This document shows positions 23,881-29,730 of a stretch of DNA of 35,015 nt, piece after piece; the first letter of the stretch is position 1, and each line of letters opens with the position of its first letter. The notes under the pieces are model-generated. The model was not told the origin of the DNA. It made no database searches and was given only the letters and a program-made list of their open reading frames with translations. A program made the position numbers and the translations under genes. This DNA comes from Actinomycetota bacterium (GTDB lineage: Bacteria > Actinomycetota > Acidimicrobiia > Acidimicrobiales > WLNW01): the NCBI GenBank assembly GCA_043738925.1, contig JAYUFA010000285.1, forward strand, positions 1 to 35,015, in the 5' to 3' direction.

Positions 23881-24638
23881 CCGCTGCCGACCTCGATGGG
23901 CAGCTCGACGCGCCCGCCTTGGTTGCTGCGGCCCGACTCCTCGCCGAACGCACTGGCCTCACCATTGCGCTCGTACCGATCGCTGACGCTGGCCGAGCCG
24001 CAGACAGCGTTGGCGGCCAACACGCGGCCGGCAAGGCATTGGGTGCAAGCGGTTTCCCCTATGGCTTCGACGGCCGGCACCGCGACGATGGTCGGCCGAT
24101 TTGGCCGGCCGAGTACACGGGCTCGATCGCGCATGCGGGCGCGATCGCGGCAGCGGCGGTTCTGGCGTTACCTCGGCGCGCCGCCGTGAGGCAACCAGCG
24201 CGGGGCGTGGGTATCGACATCGAGATCGAATGCGCGCTGCCCGCGGCCGACGCTACGGCCGTGCTTGGACATGGAGAACGCGCGCTCGTCATCGGCGCTG
24301 ATCGGCCCGACGCGCTCGCGACCATGCTGTGGAGCGCGAAAGAGGCGGCATACAAGGCGTGGTGCGAAGCGCTTGACGGCCACATCGGCACCGTCGATCC
24401 GGTCGACATCCAAATCGAGATCGGCGCCCCGGTTGACGGTTTACAACCGATTCTGGCGCGACCGCGGGGCGCGCTGGCAACAACGCTGGCGGGCTTCGAC
24501 CCGGCGGTGGGATGGTGCGCCGCCGCCGACGGCTATGTGTTGGTGGCCGTGTCTGTCGGCGCAGCGCCCCGCCACGGCGACGACGGCATTGCCAGCGAAG
24601 CAATCACGAGCCCAAGCGCCGCGAACGCCACGACATAG
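23877..24638 (+). CDS. 4'-phosphopantetheinyl transferase (Sfp/EntD type)
   Basis: ATGA overlap with the PKS stop. Motifs PIWPAEYTGSIAHAG, GIDIE and WSAKEAAYKAW. Confidence 0.85.
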   Translation: MTAADLDGQLDAPALVAAARLLAERTGLTIALVPIADAGRAADSVGGQHAAGKALGASGFPYGFDGRHRDDGRPIWPAEYTGSIAHAGAIAAAAVLALPRRAAVRQPARGVGIDIEIECALPAADATAVLGHGERALVIGADRPDALATMLWSAKEAAYKAWCEALDGHIGTVDPVDIQIEIGAPVDGLQPILARPRGALATTLAGFDPAVGWCAAADGYVLVAVSVGAAPRHGDDGIASEAITSPSAANATT

Positions 24639-25051
24639 AGACCACCGCCGACGACAAGCGGCTCGCTGGTGAGCTGATCGTGGGCATGGGTGATGCTCCA
24701 TCGGTTGATCAGGTACAAGCCGAACACCACGAGACCGCACGCGGCAATCGCCAACCGCAGCGCGAGATGGCGCACGCCGACCGCGACCGCGCCGCCGAGG
24801 CCGGCGCCGACCGTGACCAGCCCGATGACGATCCACCCGTTGACGTGATCGACACCGCGACCCGACACACCGTCGGCGTAGTGCAGCCACGGCGCGAACG
24901 AGCCGAACACGCCGGCCATCACCGCGGCGGTCGCGAACGCGAGGGTCGCCCAGACGCGTTTGTCACGCGGCTGATGCCGCGGTGGCGAACCGATGGAGAC
25001 CCACCCATCGGGCGGCAACGCAGTGGCCGCGATCGGCGGCGCCAACGGCAT
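24533..25051 (-). CDS. Small hypothetical membrane protein (about 4 TM helices)
   Basis: Lower part of the 24533..25267 ORF; the upper part is occupied by the tRNA gene. Start candidates are the ATGs at 25051 and 25096. Its 3' end overlaps the PPTase 3' end convergently by 106 nt. Confidence 0.45.
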   Translation of the reverse strand: MPLAPPIAATALPPDGWVSIGSPPRHQPRDKRVWATLAFATAAVMAGVFGSFAPWLHYADGVSGRGVDHVNGWIVIGLVTVGAGLGGAVAVGVRHLALRLAIAACGLVVFGLYLINRWSITHAHDQLTSEPLVVGGGLYVVAFAALGLVIASLAMPSSPWRGAAPTDTATNT

Positions 25052-25123
25052 CACGAAACGGTCACGTCCCTGCTCAACCACTTGGTGTCCCTGCATGCGG
25101 TCGCGAGCGACCGATTGGCGGAG

Positions 25124-25204
25124 AGCGCCGGGTGGGATTTGAACCCACGAAGCTTTCGCAACGGCTTTGCAGGCCGCTCCCTTTGGCCACTCGGGCACCG
25201 ACGC
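25124..25204 (-). tRNA. tRNA with anticodon GCA (Cys codons) and discriminator U73, on a class II (long variable region) tRNA-Tyr-like body; CCA not encoded
   Basis: Hand-folded sequence: GCGTCGG-TG-CCCG-AGTGGCCAAA-GGGA-GCGGC-CTGCAAA-GCCGT-TGCGAAAGCTTC-GTGGG-TTCAAAT-CCCAC-CCGGCGC-T.
- The acceptor stem is 7 bp with one G-U pair.
- U8, A14, G18G19 and the T-loop TTCAAAT are canonical.
- The anticodon loop is C-U-GCA-A-A.
- The variable region is 12 nt. Confidence 0.8.
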
Positions 25205-25336
25205 ATAAAGGCCCATCCGCTGAGCCGTCATGAGGATAGCCCGACGTCGCCTGCATCCAGCACGCACCTGCGAGGGTCGTCGCTTCTCGACAACGTGCTC
25301 ACGGGTCGGTGCGGCTCGTATGCCAGAGTGGGCCCT

Positions 25337-26029
25337 ATGACCGACGGGGCCGTCCGCACGCCACTCGACCTGCTTGGGCGGATGTCAACCGACGAGCAGC
25401 AACTCGCACCGTCGTTGCGCCTCGTCGAGAGCTACACGATGCATGGCATGCTGAAGCTGTTGTGGCACGGCGACCCGGCGGCCGAAGAGGTCGTGCTGCT
25501 GTGTCCTGGTGGCATGGGCGGGTTCCTCGGCCCCGCGCACGGCTTGTACCTACACATCGGCCGTGAGCTCGCCCGCAGCGGCATGGGAGTCATCGGCGTC
25601 GACTATCGCCGACCCGACAAGCTCGACCTGTCGTTGCTCGATGTAGCCGCCACGGCTGATTGGGCGATGCGCCAAGGAGCGCGCCGCTTCGTCTGCGTGG
25701 GTCACTCGTTCGGCGGCGCCGTCGCGGTCCAAGCGGGTACCACGCTCCAAGGATTCTGCGCCGGCGTACTCACCCTTGCCACCCAAAGTGCCGGCTGCGA
25801 AATTGCCCAGCTCCTTGGCGAGGTACCGCTCCTGCTCGTACACGGCGACCGCGACGAGATCTTGTCACCGAACGACTCTGCGATGGTGCGATCGATTGCC
25901 GGACACGGCGAACTGCTCGTGTACCCCGGCGCCGGACACGCGCTCAACGAGGTGCACCTCGAATTGCGCAAGAAGGTCCTCGATTGGATTCCCGCGCAGT
26001 TCGCCACGATGCGCCACCGCGACGATTGA
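25337..26029 (+). CDS. Alpha/beta hydrolase (dienelactone hydrolase/BAAT-like)
   Basis: Internal ATG at 25337 of the 24512..26029 ORF; the upstream part crosses the tRNA gene. Nucleophile elbow GHSFGG, with a distal VHGDRDEI...GAGHAL. Confidence 0.7.
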   Translation: MTDGAVRTPLDLLGRMSTDEQQLAPSLRLVESYTMHGMLKLLWHGDPAAEEVVLLCPGGMGGFLGPAHGLYLHIGRELARSGMGVIGVDYRRPDKLDLSLLDVAATADWAMRQGARRFVCVGHSFGGAVAVQAGTTLQGFCAGVLTLATQSAGCEIAQLLGEVPLLLVHGDRDEILSPNDSAMVRSIAGHGELLVYPGAGHALNEVHLELRKKVLDWIPAQFATMRHRDD

Positions 26030-26042
26030 ATCTCGTCGCGAT

Positions 26043-26447
26043 CTAGGCACACAACCGGCGCGCGACCGCGCAGTCGTCGCGCATCTGCACGATGAGCGAG
26101 TCGACGTCATCAAAGCGAAGCTGGCCGCGAATCCAGTGGGTCAGCTCAACGACGACCTGTTCTCCGTAGAGATCACCAGAGAAATCGAGCAGGTGCGCCT
26201 CACACAGCTCGAAGCCGTCGGCGTAGAACGTCGGCCGGCGACCGAGCGACACTGCCGCCGGGTACCGCGCGCCGTCCGCCAAGGTGACGAGCCCCGCGTA
26301 GACGCCCTCGGGTGGGCACGCGTGGGTGCGCGCCACGGCAACGTTCGCGGTGGGCATGGCGAGCGTGCGGCCGCGCTGATCACCCTTTTCGACCACACCC
26401 TCGATCGCGAACGGCACGATGGCATGCGGCGCCGTCGGCGTACTCAC
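26043..26447 (-). CDS. Stand-alone riboflavin kinase domain protein (RibF C-terminal-domain-like)
   Basis: The GTG at 26447 forms a GTGA overlap with the upstream amidohydrolase stop. Motifs GDQRGRTLAMPTANV, GVYAG, GRRPTF and EAHLLDFSGDLYG. No FAD-synthetase (FMN adenylyltransferase) domain is present. Confidence 0.75.
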   Translation of the reverse strand: MSTPTAPHAIVPFAIEGVVEKGDQRGRTLAMPTANVAVARTHACPPEGVYAGLVTLADGARYPAAVSLGRRPTFYADGFELCEAHLLDFSGDLYGEQVVVELTHWIRGQLRFDDVDSLIVQMRDDCAVARRLCA

Positions 26448-27640
26448 CGCGGTAGGACGACCGCCGGCAACGGATGACGGAACAACTTCGCGGCGTTCTC
26501 GCTGCACATCATCCGCAACTCGCTCGTGGGGATGTGACCCCAGTACTTCTCGATGACGAGCTGGGTGTCGGGCCAGGTGCCGTCGCCGTGCGGATAGTCG
26601 CACTCGACCATGATGTTCTCGACGCCGATGCGATAGCGCGTATCGATCGTCGACGGATCGTCGATGGTGCAGAACCAGAAGTTCCGCTTGAGTACTTCAC
26701 TCGGGCGCAGCTCCCACCCGAGGCCGTAGCCCGAGCGATCGACGATGTTGTCGAGCCGGTCGAGGAGCATCGCTACCCAGCCGATGCCGCCCTCGCTCAT
26801 GGCGATCTTCAACGACGGACGATCCTTCGCGTAGCCGGACCACAACCATTCGGCACACGCGCTGAGGTTCAGCTGACCGAACAACGTTGCGCCGAGCTGC
26901 AGCGACGGTGCACCTGGCGGATAGGGACCGACGCCAGATGATCCGACGTGCAGACAGATCACCGTTTCGGTCTCATCGCACGCCTCGATGATCGGATCCC
27001 AATGAGCGCGATCGAAAATCGACGGAAGGCCGACCAGATGCGGCCGCTCGGGCAACGACACCGCGGTGAACCCACGAGCGGCGTTGCGGCGGATCTCGGC
27101 TGCCGCCTCGTGCGGATCAGCGAGGAACGCTATGCCGCAGGCGATGATGCGATCGGGATACGGCGTCTTCCACTCCTCGAAGATCCAATCGTTCCACCCG
27201 CGAATGCATGCCTTGCCCAGTTCGATATCGGAAGCGTTGTAGAAGAACCGACCGCTGAACCCCGAGATCTGCGACGGGAAGTTGAGCGACGCCCACATGC
27301 CGTTGATGTCCATGTCGCGGATACGGGCTTCGATGTCGTAACAACCGGGCCGCATCTGCTCGAAGCGGAAGGGCTCGAGCTTCACGGTCTCCTTGCGACG
27401 GCCCGCAACCGCGTTCATGCCGACCTGAGTGAACGTTTGGCCATCGAACGACCACACCTGATGACCCTCGGGTGTCTCGACGATGCGCGGCGCAACGTCG
27501 GCGTACTTGGCTGGGAGTCGGCCGTCGAAGGTGTGCGGCGGCTCGACCACGTGATCGTCGACCGAGATGACGGTGTACTTCACCTCGCGCGGCAATGGCT
27601 CGGGAAGGAACAGTTCCTGCGAATCGCTCGTCATGGTCAT
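26444..27640 (-). CDS. Amidohydrolase_2 (PF04909, ACMSD/decarboxylase-type) family metal-dependent hydrolase
   Basis: ATG at 27640 with GGAG 8 nt upstream. VISVDDHVVEPPH and the sequence as a whole are typical of actinobacterial amidohydrolase_2 proteins. Confidence 0.85.
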   Translation of the reverse strand: MTMTSDSQELFLPEPLPREVKYTVISVDDHVVEPPHTFDGRLPAKYADVAPRIVETPEGHQVWSFDGQTFTQVGMNAVAGRRKETVKLEPFRFEQMRPGCYDIEARIRDMDINGMWASLNFPSQISGFSGRFFYNASDIELGKACIRGWNDWIFEEWKTPYPDRIIACGIAFLADPHEAAAEIRRNAARGFTAVSLPERPHLVGLPSIFDRAHWDPIIEACDETETVICLHVGSSGVGPYPPGAPSLQLGATLFGQLNLSACAEWLWSGYAKDRPSLKIAMSEGGIGWVAMLLDRLDNIVDRSGYGLGWELRPSEVLKRNFWFCTIDDPSTIDTRYRIGVENIMVECDYPHGDGTWPDTQLVIEKYWGHIPTSELRMMCSENAAKLFRHPLPAVVLPR

Positions 27641-27798
27641 TGGACACTCCTTCGAACGCGCTCCGCCACCAGTATGGCGCAGGCAAGATCGCATCGTGAC
27701 GGAGCTCAAGCCGCCCTGCCTGGCGGTTGGACAACGGCGCGCCTAGCCTGGCTGGCGGTGCATCGCCGAGCAGCACCGTTTGCGGAGACCGCTGGCCC

Positions 27799-28995
27799 AT
27801 GTACAAGCGCACGTTCATGCGATGCGTCGGACTGCTTTTCGTGCTCGTCAGCCTTGTGTCCGTGCCCGGTGGGTCGGCCGATGCGGCCACCACGATCAAG
27901 AACCCTCGCGCAGAACAAGAACGGGTGCGCCGCGAGAAGGCGGCTGCGGCCGAACAGCTGAACACGCTGAAGGCGTCAGCCAAGGAGTTGCAGGACGCTC
28001 TTGCGGTGATCGACGAGAACCTTCGCCAGGAAGAAGCCGCGCTCGAAGCCGCCCAGAACATCGTCACCGCGGAGGAGAAGGCGGCCGAGGAACTTCGTCG
28101 CAAGCAGCAGGACGCCACCGACCAACTCGCGCAGCTTGACAAGATCCTCGTGAACGCAGCTGTGGATGCCTACATGGGCCAGCAGAGCGAAAGCGATTTG
28201 TTCTCGTTCTCCTCGAGCAACATCAACGAAGCCGTGCGCAAGCAGGCGTTGTTCGATCTCACCAGCACCAACAATCGCGATGCTGCCGATCGCGTGAAGG
28301 CGTTGCACGCCGACCTCGTGCGGCTCGAAGCCGAACGAAACGCCGCCATCACCAGCGCACAACAGGCCCGCGCCGATGTCGTCAATCGTGTCGGCGTGGT
28401 CGACGCGGCCCGCGCCGAGCAGCAACGCATCGTGGCCGCCGCCGACGCCCGTGTCGATCAGACCCTCAGTGATTTGAGCGCGCTCAGCTCGCTCGACAAA
28501 CAACTCTCGGCACAAATCGAAGCTGAAGCCCGAGCGCTCGCTGCGGTTGTCGAACGTGCACGACGCGCCGCTGCCACACCGACGAAGGCGTTCACGCCGC
28601 CGCCGAACAGCGACCTGGTCGACGTGAACGGCATCGTGGTGCACAAGTCCATCGCGAATGGACTGCGGGGCTTGCTGGGCGCGGCTGCATCGGCGGGCAT
28701 CGAGCTCGGCGGCAGCGGGTACCGCGACACCGCCAGCCAGATTCAACTTCGGCGCGAGCACTGCGGTACCACCGACTACGACATCTTCCAGAAGGACCCG
28801 TTCCAGTGTCGGCCGCCGACCGCGCGCCCGGGTTCGTCGAACCACGAGCTGGGCCTGGCCGTCGATTTCACGACCAACGGATTCGTGATTACCCGCGGTT
28901 CAGCTGCGTTCCAATGGCTGTCGGCCCATGCCGGGTCGTACGGATTTCACAATCTGCCATCCGAACCCTGGCACTGGTCGATCGACGGGAGATAA
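27799..28995 (+). CDS. Secreted M15B/VanY-like D-Ala-D-Ala carboxypeptidase with a long N-terminal coiled-coil
   Basis: Signal peptide MYKRTFMRCVGLLFVLVSLVSVPGGSADA. About 250 aa of heptad-like Ala/Glu/Gln-rich sequence follow. The C-terminal domain carries SGYRD, SSNHELGLAVDF and EPWHW (zinc ligands). Confidence 0.85.
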   Translation: MYKRTFMRCVGLLFVLVSLVSVPGGSADAATTIKNPRAEQERVRREKAAAAEQLNTLKASAKELQDALAVIDENLRQEEAALEAAQNIVTAEEKAAEELRRKQQDATDQLAQLDKILVNAAVDAYMGQQSESDLFSFSSSNINEAVRKQALFDLTSTNNRDAADRVKALHADLVRLEAERNAAITSAQQARADVVNRVGVVDAARAEQQRIVAAADARVDQTLSDLSALSSLDKQLSAQIEAEARALAAVVERARRAAATPTKAFTPPPNSDLVDVNGIVVHKSIANGLRGLLGAAASAGIELGGSGYRDTASQIQLRREHCGTTDYDIFQKDPFQCRPPTARPGSSNHELGLAVDFTTNGFVITRGSAAFQWLSAHAGSYGFHNLPSEPWHWSIDGR

Positions 28996-29035
28996 CGCCG
29001 CGTGAGCGCCGATGCACCGATCACGCTTCGCGTGC

Positions 29036-29617
29036 CTAGCCGGCGAACTTGGGCAACACGACAATCGGGTTCGCGGGCTGGCGGGTCTCGACCTCGCCGC
29101 CGACGATCACGGGCACCTCAGCGGCCGTGGTGGTGGTGACCGCGCCGCCGGTTGACGGGGTTGTGGTGACCGGCGCGACGGTGGTGGTCGCCGGCACGGT
29201 GGTGGCGGTGCTCGCACAATCAACCGGCAGCACCACTGTCGTCTCGCGGAACTCGCCTTCAGACCCGAACTCGCCTGAGGGACCGAACCCGGCGACCGCC
29301 GTGGCCCGTACGACGTGCGACGCGCCATCTGCCGGCGCGTTGTGCAGCACGGTGAACCCGAATGCCGTGGGGGCAAACGCTCCTGAGCCGACGACAGTGC
29401 CGTCGAAGCTCACCGACACGTTGCTGTTGTAACGATGGGCCTCGTTGTCGGTTATCCACGAAACGGCGGCGATGCGAACGACGGCCTGACCATCGGCGCA
29501 CGAAGCCGACGCCGAGACCTCGGGATGGTGGGCGTCAGCGCCGTTCATCAACAAGACGAGCGATGCCGCAGTTGCGAGACCACCAATTGCCGTGACACGA
29601 CCAGCTGTGAGCTTCAC
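29036..29617 (-). CDS. Hypothetical secreted protein with a Thr/Pro-rich linker
   Basis: GTG start. Signal peptide ending NGADA|HH. Two Cys residues and a TTVPATTTVAPVTTTPSTGGAVTTTTA linker. No recognisable family. Confidence 0.55.
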   Translation of the reverse strand: MKLTAGRVTAIGGLATAASLVLLMNGADAHHPEVSASASCADGQAVVRIAAVSWITDNEAHRYNSNVSVSFDGTVVGSGAFAPTAFGFTVLHNAPADGASHVVRATAVAGFGPSGEFGSEGEFRETTVVLPVDCASTATTVPATTTVAPVTTTPSTGGAVTTTTAAEVPVIVGGEVETRQPANPIVVLPKFAG

Positions 29618-29730
29618 GTTTCTCCCTCCGCAGACGAATACAACCGCCGCAGGTGACGATTCTTACCGAGTGCGCGCCGTTGCGCACGTCATTGCGCCAC
29701 GAGCGTGCGACGACACGTCGACGCGAGCTT

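Noticed and set aside
12913-25204. Possibility that the NRPS-PKS locus is a tRNA-integrated genomic island
   Set aside because: The tRNA lies at one edge, but I found no integrase or recombinase, no second copy of the tRNA 3' segment (the GGGATTTGAACCC core occurs only once in the window), and no obvious GC or codon-usage break inside the locus. The idea stays open only if att repeats lie outside the window.
24512-25336. 5' extension of the plus-strand ORF 24512..26029, and the upper part of the minus-strand ORF 24533..25267
   Set aside because: Both run across the tRNA gene (25124-25204), and their translations there are Arg-rich with no similarity to anything. The real CDSs were taken as 25337..26029 (+) and 24533..25051 (-).
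29022-29034. Hairpin CACGC-ttc-GCGTG between the convergent peptidase and secreted-protein genes, as a bidirectional terminator
   Set aside because: A 5-bp stem with a 3-nt loop and no flanking U/A tracts is too weak to call an intrinsic terminator from sequence alone.
29036-29080. C-terminal LPKFAG of the secreted Thr-rich protein as a sortase (LPXTG) signal
   Set aside because: The motif does not fit LPXTG, and it is the very C-terminus, with no following hydrophobic helix or positively charged tail.
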